Source: Lytechinus pictus (Eukaryota). Taken from it: a stretch of DNA of 64,000 nucleotides. The stretch spans positions 1,364,001-1,428,000 of the forward strand of contig NC_087256.1 of NCBI RefSeq assembly GCF_037042905.1, given 5' to 3'. The notes beneath the pieces were generated by a model that searched no databases, was not told the origin of the DNA, and was given only the letters and a program-made list of their open reading frames with translations. The position numbers and the translations under genes are program-made. Of the stretch, positions 12,907 through 24,900 are shown piece by piece; within the stretch, counting starts at the first letter, position 1; the number at the start of each line of letters is the position of its first letter.

Positions 12907-15900
12907 CTGTAACAGATAGGTCAACAGAGTAATAAAAATAATTTGCTTTTATATCGCGCCTGGTTGAATTCCTTCAAAATATTCCTTCACAGGATTTGAT
13001 TGGAGATGGTGGTGGTAGAGGTTACCTTAAGTTACAGAATACAATCATCACAAAAAGAACTTTGTCTAAAAATAAGGTTTTTAGGCTTTTAAGGTATTGG
13101 CTAGCTTTGCAAACAGCGGATTTAAAAAAAATTCTCAAGCCAAGATGAAACATGTGTATGAGTACATATATCAGAACTAAATAAACCCCTTGAAAACAAC
13201 CATTATTGAGAATGAAAAGCTATCAGTACAATGGAAACCACAATTTCATAATTTCGCTTCCTCAAGTCGTATTTTGTGTTTATGATGAAAATAAGATGGT
13301 GTTTCTGATCACTATATTTTTCACTTTTTGAAGCACTAAATAATGATTTCTTGACGCATTTTTTTCCCGGATTAATTTTTATTTCATATCACAGACACAT
13401 GTGAAAAGTGGGACCTTTTTTAAAGTCGATGTTAGCCTATGTCTTTAATAAATCATTACTCACCTAAGAGGTAAAAATCTTGTTCTATATAATATTGCAC
13501 CTAAAGTCCACTGGACCTCTTTGTCATGTATAAGGCTGGCAGAACGTAAATAATGATAATCTTTGGGGAATTCAAATCCTTTATGAAGTACTGTTGTTAT
13601 CCATGCTGATTTAAAACATTGGTATCTGTCAAAATAAAAGCATATATATATAAAGACATTTTAAATAAACATCATAGCACAATTTATTTAGCTATCATAA
13701 AAAAAATCTGAACAGATTAAAAAAAATTAAACTAAATGAATGACAGTTCTTTATATATAATTCAATTCAAAGCTGGTCACTACATCTATCATTCACATGG
13801 AAGTCAATCATATGTTAACAATGAACTCGGTAATAAAAGAAAGGGACAAACTTGCTTTTCATTTTTAAAAGTGGAGAATCAATATGAAACAAGTACATAA
13901 TTTAGCTTATTTTACCTTTCCTGATGCTTTGTGTGTTTGTATTCCTTATAATTTGTATAATCAATCAATACTGAAAAATAAAAAACAAGGGTCCTAAATG
14001 CGAAAAAACATGTGAACTGCAAAATCTATGTATAATATATCACTGTTTCCTATAAGTGAGTATCAAACTTTTCTTGACATGGGAGCAACAATATTAATCA
14101 GTAACAGGATATAAAAGAAAATTCTCACTTACTTTAATCTATGCTCATCTGCTTTACTATAAAGACCTTTTTGATGATGCTCTTGTAATAATGTCCATTT
14201 TGTGGCACAAAATTTCTGCACAATAACAAATAGAAAAAAAAATTAAGCATGAACATTGATATATATATATCTATCTATCTATTCATGATCGAATGACAGG
14301 GTATTCCTTCCACTGTGAGTTGAAGTCATCCAGGAAACTACTGGGTAAAATGTTACTGAAGGAGTATATCAAGGGTAATGCCAAGGTGATTCTAGGGTGA
14401 AAATCTGATCACTTGGATCAGGAGTAGTTGGAACAACTTGATAGATGATGATACCCTTTTTTTTTTTACCTGGGGGCAGTTTCATAAAGACATTCGTACC
14501 TTACAAATTACTTTACAAATGACTGGGGATCCTTTCTTGTGCTAAATGATGTATCCCTGTGTAGCTGACTTGGCACCTGAAACATGTTCCAGTCTTGATT
14601 GCAAAGAAAGCATGAATGCTTGTAAGCAAGCAACCAGAGGACCTAAGGCACAAGGTCCTCTCAGAGTGACCTGGAAGTAAGGAAAATGCCTTACCAGAGG
14701 GGACTAGCTCAACAAGTAGGAATCAAGCCCAGTTAACTAGATTGCAAAAACAATCGATTTACCATCTGAGCTATCACCCTCCCCCCCTCTAACGCATGCA
14801 CATAGCAGAACTAATAAAGCCAAACAAGTGTCTCACAAAAATTATGTGGCATATCTACAGCTGTCAAATTCATAGATGAATGCATCAACCCTCTTGATTC
14901 ATCTAATGACACTGCAATATTTAACATAACCCTTTCAATTTTTTTAAAGATTCCTATAAAAATATTACATAAAAAACTAATTGTATGCTTCCTATCAATA
15001 CAAACTTACTTTTGCTGCAATTTCAAACTGGTCGTACTCATAGACCCCTCCCATCCTCAGTACATCCTCCATACAGTACCAGTATTCTGAAAACCCGTAG
15101 AACTCTGAGTTGTCAAAATTAATTTCAGCTTGATACACCCCTCCAAGGGAACATGGTTCCTTCTGACATGGCTTGTTAGATCCTAGGACTGGGATCATGG
15201 ATTCTTTACAAGCAAGGTAATCTCCTGTTCCTTTAAAGTGATAGGTCTTCCCTCCTTTGATGATCTGATCTGTCATTGAGGTTGGTAGACAGGGATCCAG
15301 GAAGGGAGAGGTCGGACTGAGACCTATCACAGATTTACTGAAATGAAAAAAAGTTTGATATCAGTTGGCATTACTCCATTCATGATCGTCATCCAATATC
15401 ATCATCACTGTCCAGACCGTCCGATCTATCACACTGGAAAATTTGCTAAAAATGAGGAATAAACATGCAGTTCCCATAGGAATGTGCAGTAAAAAATATT
15501 CATTCACATCTGAAAATCATATAATATGGGATCATAATAATAAAATATTTAAGAATGCTTGAAAGGTCTGGCTATTATCATTTCACTTTATTCTGGAATC
15601 ATTTGATTGATGTACTGTATCTTGTTTGTTATAGAGACGTGAAATAAAAAAATTTCTTTCTTTTTTTTTTTTCATTCAGAGATAACAAGGTCAAAGATGC
15701 ATTCAATTTTAGGCAGGTCACCATGACTGGCCATTGAAATTGATAGACACTGTAGACTATGTATGGTGATGGGCTGTATTGTGTGTTTGATAAAGAGATG
15801 AGGGTAGCAAGAGACTCCGGTGACTCATGCCTAATGCAAATTTGTAAGCATTCTCTCCTGTTTAAAATTTCTACACATAACGCCTGCCCCATGTCTAGTA

Positions 15901-18900
15901 AAATATACGACCATGACACATTAAGTGACATTGATACTCACCTATCATCTTTATTGCTTAGAGTTGAATTGACGAGTATAGTTTCATATCTTGACCTAGC
16001 AGCATTGCCTCCGTAGCCTAAGAAGGTTGTTACATAGACCCTATAGACATGATCTGATTCGTGCTGGTCACATCCTAGATTGAATTCCGCCATCAAATCC
16101 TTCGCTGCTGCCTCCTACAATGACAACAAATGATGACTTTGTTAATTACAGAGAAACTTGGACCATTTAAGGAAGACTAGAAAAAATTCACTATACTACT
16201 GTAGTTTACACAATTCAGTGGAAGATATTAAATTCTGTCTTTTTTTCTCCAGTGGAAATGGGGTGAGGGGGACAGGGGGTTATAATTAACTGAGAAAAAA
16301 TACTGAATGATGTACCTTGGAAATATTTCAAAAAATAATTTTCAGTGATTTTTATCAACATATGTTGATTGACTGAGAAAAATACTGAATAGAATACCTC
16401 TGAAATATGTCAAGAAATATTTTCACTGATTTTCATCAACACCTGTTGAAAGCTACTGTATACTGTACTTGTATCTGACTAAATGAGAGCAAATGTCTTA
16501 TACCCTTGCAATTTCTAAGTGCATTTAGTATTGTATGTGAACTCTCATGATTTTTTTTTAGTTTCACAGTTATTTATGATAATATGAATGTCAAGTTGGT
16601 CTGAAGATATCACTATCAGAGTTGCAAAGGTAGATTCACTCAAAGACACAAATAATACAAATATGTGTCATGGAAAATGCCACTAGTATGATCAAAGAAA
16701 AATAGAGAGAGAGTCAAGGACAAATGTTCACTATGATCAGAGATTCAAATCATTATTATTTGAACAACCCCTTGTATCTCATATATGATTCCCTGTGTGT
16801 TGATGTAAAAGCACTATTCTCTACAATGTAGTCTGATATTTCTCACAGAAGAATTGAAGTGTGTAATGTTCTTCATACTTGACTCACTCAGTATAACAGA
16901 GATTAAACACACAGTGAGTATGCATGAAAGCCCCAACGCTCAATTTCTCTGAAAAATATTGTGGTACAAAGATTACAAAAATAAGTAACTTACTGTTTTT
17001 TGTTGTGAGATTGTGTGCAATCAGTGAGTTCTGAGATAATTCATATCCAAGGTTATATCATGTTCTGGAACACTGGTTCAAGCAAATGTAATTGTGTGGT
17101 CATGGAAAATCATGTGTGTGTCAACTATTTGTATTTAATTGCATTTTAATAAGAAAAGAACTGTGAAAATACAGCTAGTGATGTGCACTGGTGTGAAATT
17201 AATACTGCAGTGATAATGTAAAGCAAATGTTTTGAAATGAAACATGTAGTTGGAGCACAATATTAATATTTTTGAAAAGAATCAATTGCCTAGTTAAGAT
17301 GCAATGTATGTTCTAGATTAACATGAAATTATTAAACAGCAAAATGATATTTGGAGATTCATTTCACAGGATTTTAGTGCATTTCCAACAAACTGAAAAA
17401 TATAATCACTATATATGAGTAAAGTTAACTGGAAATGTCTCTTCAATGATTTAATACATAATACAAGGCTATAAATCAATTTTGCAAAGCTCCGATAAAA
17501 ATGAGAATTTTTAAGAAGGGGATTCAGGGGGCTGTTTCATAAAGCTGTTCATAAGTTAAGAGCGACTTTAAGAACGATTGGTGATCCTTTCTTGTGGAAA
17601 ATGGTATCAAGCAAAATGTTCATTGGAAAAATTAGCATGTAAAATAGGTTCACCAGTCATTCTTCAAGTCGCTCTTAACTTACAAACAGCTTTATGAAAC
17701 GGCCCCCAGGTTAGTTTAAATCTAATAATGAAAAGTGAAGATCTTTGGCAGATAATTGGTTATGTTCATTCCAAAATCTTGAAAAACTATCCATTTTAAG
17801 GGATAATTCTGAAAATCTGTAAAATGAGAGACAGTTCAGACGATGGCCAACTGAATGCGAATCTATCCAAATGTTTTTTTAATAGACTTATGTATTGTAA
17901 AATGAAAGCCTTTACAATGAATTACCTTAAAGCAAAGAAAAATATTATTTAGCACTCAGAAATGGCCTCCTCTATCATCCCCGCCCCCAAAAAAGGTATA
18001 TATAAAAAAGTTTTATTTTCCTCAAAATAGGTAATATTCTTAGAGACTATCACAAGCATAAAACCAAATATATTTTAGGTAGTGAAAATATAGTGTCCGT
18101 TTAGAGAGTGAGAGTAGGCATGACAAATAAAGGGTACATATCCAATGTGGCATGTATAGGGTATTGTGCGTTATTGGGTGTTCAAGTATATTCAAATATG
18201 GACAATGACAGGCATAAACCAAAATTGGAAAGCAAGGAACAATAACAATGCAAGCTACAATGACAAATCACAGATATTACCACAATATGGGCATACATAC
18301 AGTACAAGATTATTCAAGTATATATTTGCTAATTTTATTTCTTTAATTTGCTCCAAACTTAAACTAAGAATGATGCTATTAAGGAAAAGCTTGACTCCTG
18401 GATTTTTTTTTACTATTTCTATTTCTATCAACCCTATTTGAACTAAGATGGAGGATGAAGGCCCGGGACTCTGGAAGCCCCATCTCTACCATCCCTCAAT
18501 ATAATAAGCATAACGTTTTAATCTTGAGAAACTCTGGCAGCAACATTTTAGACATTGAAATCAGCATTTGAAATTTTGCTTTTATATTAGATTTCTCAAA
18601 GCTTTCACAATATTCACTAGGACTACTGCAGTAGACACAAACTGCAAAGCAAATCCAGCAAATTAAACAAAATATCTGACATAGATAATTAGCCAATTCC
18701 CAAGCAAATTTCAATTCTGAATTAATATTTTAGATACTCTATCATTAGGATATGGTTTTTGCAAATTAAATTAAAGCTGCAACTTTTCAATAACAACTTT
18801 CTTTCACTAAAAAACATAAATCAGAAATGAAAAAGGAGGCTAGATGAGCTGATGTGAAGACATTTTTTTTAAGAGAGGAGCCAAGCTGTGGGATGTTTTT

Positions 18901-21900
18901 AGTGCAAATGATAAACACCTGTGGGTTATTGAGATTGAAGCTTACAGACTGGGGGACTTCATAGGCAATCTGAGCTGATCCTCCACCCATATCAAGTACT
19001 CCTACAGTCCTCTTCCTGGAGACAGTCTGAGGAGATGCCTCAGCTCCTGGTAGCTCCACCTTCACTACAGGCTCATCTGAAAGAGAACACATCATAAAGA
19101 AGAATACAACAGATTAACAATTTTTTGCTGTACAATTTTCAAACATAAACTTAAATGGATATTGCCAGATATGTTAAGAAAGGTTTCGTTCATGATGTGC
19201 CATCAAATCTATAGTTTGACTATTGCTATAAGTGCCTTTGAAGTGAATACACAAATGAAGTATACACAATTATTCAATTAAATTTCAATTTATTTATTCA
19301 ACCATCATCAGGTACAAACAATTGCAAAAATACATACCAATATTGATTTTGCTTTTATTTTTAGCATCTACACATTTGACCCCCTCCCCATTGCGTTGTG
19401 AAATCAAGATTAATTTTGTAAAAGCAGAGTTATAATATAAAATGCATAAGTGTCTCACCATTATTGCTGTGATCAAATCGTCCCAATACATAGTTGATAC
19501 CAATCCAAGCATAGACACCCTCTTGCTTCCCACTGATCACTTCTACATTCTTCTCAGGGAATAGGAAACCATAGTCCAAAGGAATGTCTCTCTTAAGGTC
19601 ATCTAGAATTGCCTGAGATTGACTATGAATACAGAGATATAAACAGATCGGGATCATTAAAAACACTATTTCCAACATATCATTGTTCTTTGATATTAGA
19701 ATATACACCGTGATAATGTCCCTCATTTTATCTAGGATTGTCAAGTATATCCTCATACGTACATTCAATACTGGAATTCTCCTACTATAGTTTTATCCAC
19801 CTCTAGTGTGCCAGCATGTAAAAATTTATATCACATAATATGCCAATTCTCATTTAGCTGCCACTACTCATCATAAACCTTGCGGAAACAAAAGGAAATC
19901 CATGAGAAAGGGCACAATTTTACGAAAGTGCATCAACAGATTCATGCAGTGAAACATGTCTATACAGACTACCAAAGGAAGACTAGAAAATTGGTCTTCA
20001 TGAGCAGGTGAATTTTATGGACAAGTTCTTATAATAAATATTTCAATGGGAAATAGTATTTTGTAGTCCTACGAGACAGGTATTGCCAAATCGGTGACAC
20101 AACATTTGCTCCTGCGACATTTACTCCAGTCTTAATATCTCAGAGGGCATAGGTTTAGAGTTAAGATTGCAATAGAGTTTTAGTTTCAGAATGATGTAAA
20201 GATAAGGATTAGGGTTTATTTAGTTTTGGAGGTTAGATTCAATGTTTGGCTTAACATGGGAGATTTTCCTAAAAAGCAATCATCACCAGAGCAAATGTCA
20301 CGGAACTGCCAAATCAAGTTTAACTGTACTAATTAGCTGAGACCTACCTTTCAGGTAACATACGCATACCAGCAGTGGCAAGGATGTAGAGAGGTGTCTC
20401 TGGTATCTTAGATTCTGGAATGTGATTAACTGCAAAGTCTAGTAATGGTTTCATATATGTACTTGCTTCTGATGGGGTGCTGGCAAGTCCTGCCAAACCT
20501 TTAATAGGATACAAGGGAAAAATAATGAATTAAATCATATTCAATGAAATGAAGCGATAAATGGATTACACACATTACTTCTAAGAATAAGCAAATAATG
20601 ACATGACCTTTTTGTGCTAATATCAAAACATTTTCCCTTTCTCTAACAAATTTAAATATGTAGTGTAGATACTGTACATGTTTGTGAAGACGAATGGCAT
20701 GTTGACAAAGGAATAATAGAATCTGATACCTTACTTTTTACTACCTCATTGTAAATAGATGACTAGTTATTTTTTTATGATCTGGTTTTCTTTTTACCTG
20801 TTATGAATATGTTTTTCAATATTTCTTTCTCAAATGGATAACATTCTCATTGTCTGTTTCTATCAATATTTTATTCACATGATTAATACTTGTTTTGAGT
20901 CTTCTTTTCAGCACATATGGGATATTTGAAACAATATTTCTTTTGCACAGCACTTACCTGGTTTAATTTTCTTGACCACTGGCTGTCTATTGGCATCTCT
21001 CATCTGGTGTATTTGGAGCAGTTCATTATTCTTTCCAGTGTGACTGGGCCAGAAGTAGACAAAAACCCTAGTCCCACTGGAACCAGCATCAACCACAACG
21101 CCATAGTAGAGATTTGGATCTCCTATATTGGTGGCCTCTACGTGTTGGTACCTCTGCACATAGTTATCATAGTCTCTGTCCCCACTAGTGGACGGGCCAT
21201 AGGAGCCAGTCTCATAGACATAGATACAAATGATGAGGAGAGCTGTGATTACAAGGGCACTGCAAGCCGTCTGCCTCCGTAGATGGGTCATTCGAAAACT
21301 GATGTGCCAGAAAGCAGGAAGAGGTACAAATGGACACCTGCATAAAAAGAAGATATCAGAAGATATATATGTCATTATGACCTTAATAAGATTACAAACC
21401 ATGTAGGATAAGTTGCAGAGTTTTGGCACTGTAAGTCTACCCTTCCTAGAGTACTGTGAGTGTCATCAGCAATGCCAAGCTAACCCTGTAACCGATTCTC
21501 GGATCGGCGGCCGATCTCGATCTAATCAATGCTGATCGATCGTTTCATGCCGATCACCGATCATAGCAAATTTATCGTTATGATCGGTTGCGAAATTCCC
21601 CGCACCGCGCCGGGCCAAAGTTGGCTGCGCTAGCCGGCCGTAGCTGCTGTGCGCTCGCTGTGTTAGCTCTTGGTCGGCTGCCGTGCTGCAAGCCGATATG
21701 ACTGCAACAGTGAAATTGATGTTTTGATGTCCTTAGATGTCCTTAACTGAGGTCATCATTGCTCCGGGGTTACCACAAATTAAGATTAAAAAATACCTGT
21801 TGCCATGCAGAAAACCGCAGATTAATTGGAGTCGCGTGCCCCACAATCATTCCATATTCCTCTTAAAGAAAAAGATTTACAGTTCACTTTTTTCTGCCCA

Positions 21901-24900
21901 GCTAGCCCCAGTTGGCTGACTATGCTCGTAAATAACTTCCACCACCATGCACAAGAATGTTATCGCGACCTCCAAATTCTGAGCCCATCATTTTCTCTGT
22001 TTTGTTTCACGTTCTCAATTGTTATTTCACTTTCTGTAATATGATATCGAAAAATAAAAGGAAACTTGATGTGTTTTGAAAGCATGTTTATGTTTTTAAT
22101 CAGTCTAAGAATATGAAAAGCATGTTTACATTTTCGTCTTTGAGGCAGTAAGGTGAGCGGTTATGTAAGGCTGTGCAAGAAAGTGAAGAGGTGTCTTTCC
22201 TTTCTTGACTATATGTTTTCATGTTTTACCTCCATTTCCTCAAGTTATCAATTCCATCTCTCGCTCTCAGCTTTTGAAAATCATTCCCTATTCTTTCTCA
22301 TTCCTCATTTGCATTTGTTTAAAACGTTACTTGGGGGGGGGGGGTGCTTCATGTCATTTTAAATTGAATAACTTTATTGTCCATAAAGTAAAGTATTTAT
22401 TCATAACCACCCATTCAAATTTTTAGTTTGTACATGTTACAATTAGAATAGATTTCAAAGTTTCCAACTTAAATCACAAACACACAAAAACTGTACCTTT
22501 ATACTTTATTCCCATTATAAATCCCGGTATAAATCCAACTTGTTTGTGATACTGATTAAATCCAGTGCATATATTCCTTGAAGTCGTGGATTGTGCATGC
22601 CATGGGTGTGATAATGTGATATGAATGCAGCGAAGGATCGGAGGAAACACAAAACTAAAAAAAAAAAAGACCACGTGTACGCGTGCAACATCACATCGAG
22701 GTAATACATGTAGGTGCTTGGCGGAGCTCCATGCTGGCCGTCCTGATATGATGACCTGGGAATTCAAACGATTCAGTTAGCTCGAGAGAGAGAGAGAGAT
22801 GGGGAGAGAGATTGACTTTCGGTACCATACGTGGAGGAGAGAGAACGGGGAGGGGGCTGAAAGGAATGAGAGTAATGGTTTATGTTAGGTGTTACTTTGA
22901 AATAATGCCAGATCGTAGCAATAGGGAGTCCGGGGACAGGGTATTGATGTGCGTAGAACAAAACATGCTGGCATTGAATTATTTTTGTGCGTCTTATAAG
23001 AAACGAAAATTGCATGCTTTTTAATAGAGTATCAATGTTTATCTGTTCCCTTCTGTTCTTATTTTCATTGAACTGTGCGACTATTAGTCGACATAGAAAA
23101 GTGGGCTTATTCATTGCAATTTTTAGTCTCATAGGTCAGTAGGGGATTTTTTTATTTCCCCGACTAATACATAAACTTAGTATGAGTTTTCGAGTTAAAC
23201 AATACTGCTGTAGGTATGAACATTATGTTGGTGACGATAAATGACAGGAAAGAAAAGTAGAAGGATCATGGCTGGTACACATCTCCCTGAATAATCATCT
23301 TCCGTAAGGGACAGATACCAGGGGGAGGGGGAAGCTGGAAGTTTGAGTTCATGCAATTTTTAAAACTTTTTTTGAGCATTTTTTTCCCCCATACTCCATT
23401 GAGACAAGGTGTTTTTTTTTTCAGTGGACCAAGTTTTTTTTTTTTACTCTGATGTTGAGTCAAGTTTTTGCTATTGCTCATTTAGCAAGTGAAGTTTTTT
23501 CAAACTTCCAGCCCCCTTCCCTGGATATCTCTAATGGTGCGTCCCTAACAAATATGAACACCCTTTCCTACCCACATCTCCTTCATTGACAACTTGGATA
23601 TTTTGGAAACATCCACTTGAGAAAATCCCCCTAATCGACTGGTGGGCATTACGCTCCAGTGGTTTTGTAAACAACTTGATACATACTGTATGAAGGAGAT
23701 CTTGTCAGATGATAAATCCAATCAGCATCGAGTACCGTGAATGGAAATTAGAGGGAACAATTCTCATTGGTCAATTCCAAGCAGGGAGGACAGGGCTTCG
23801 CCAAAATTTACGAGCTAGCTCCAACTTACGGTGCCACATGTCAGAGGGTCAGAATGAAGAGTTTTTTCTCCCCTGATTTTTTCCATCATCCCACATTTTC
23901 ACACACAAACATCCACACATGTGATCTGTTAGCAAAGTTGGGAAAAGAAGCAACCAATCTCGCAAAGCGTGAAAACTCCAATGTTAATTTCGGTCATTTG
24001 CTTTCTCTTGCCTTTTATTTTCGCTTGTGTTAATATAACTTTTAGGCCTGCATGGGAGTACACATTGATTGGTCGAATGGTTTAAATGGCGTGCCCGCCA
24101 ATCAATCAGCAAAATTTACACTAAAGTGAATGTTCGGCAGATCCCGATTATGACGTTGGGATTATAGCTCAGATACCCAAGTAATAATAACAAAATGACA
24201 AGAAAACAATGATGACAACAGTTTTTTTATACTTGATACAGGTTTAAAAATGATGCTACCGAGGTAATTTTTGAAAAATTAGCAATGATTGTATCACATT
24301 CACAGTTACACAACAACACGAAAGAGCTCCGAAAATGTTAATCCCACTCGATCTTGCCCTCGATACACAAAATAAGTCATTGTCTGCGTGCTCAAAACAG
24401 AAAGTAAACACACAACCATCTCACTTGAGCTGATTGGACCTTCGGCTTCGAAAGCCAATGAAACCTTCGGGGAAACAGAAAAAGCCACGTGGTTCCCTTA
24501 TCAGGAAAGGTCGTGACTTCAGAAATAAATTGACCCCTCCCCCATGAGGGAGAGAGAGAGAGAGAGAAAGGTAGGGGGTGTGAGCCGGAGAATTCCTTTC
24601 AAATTTCAAACAATGCAACCTTTTTTATATCCCCCTCACACAATCAAAAGACATTCCAACACGCGCCGCCTTCATCAGTACTTTCTTGGTTAGTCTAAAA
24701 AAATAGACCCAGTTATACATGTAGGTTCAAATGATAAAAATTTGTAATTTTGAAAGGTATTTCAAATGAAATATTTTGCAAAATATTTTTTTTGAAATAC
24801 ATGTGTAGCATCGTGGGCAGTGCCACAAGTGGGGGTGGGGACATGGTGTGGGCAAGGAATGAATTTTTTTCAAGTGAAATGCTCCACCTGTGTGTCAGTC

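Noticed and set aside
12667-12924. 85-aa ORF-track protein (MTYLLQRDSARC...)
   Set aside because: Wrong reading frame of the ENTPD last exon; the spliced frame encodes the TM helix and the real stop.
20150-20250. Interstitial telomere relic (ttaggg-like runs; also ~30960-31025)
   Set aside because: Highly degenerate and bounded by shared non-telomeric ends in both copies; part of a dispersed repeat.
21797-21806. ATG GCA ACA G|gtattt as the ENTPD start exon
   Set aside because: Gives phase 1 whereas exon 2 needs phase 2, and it lies inside the hAT element; ATG GCT CG|gtacgt at 27343 fits.
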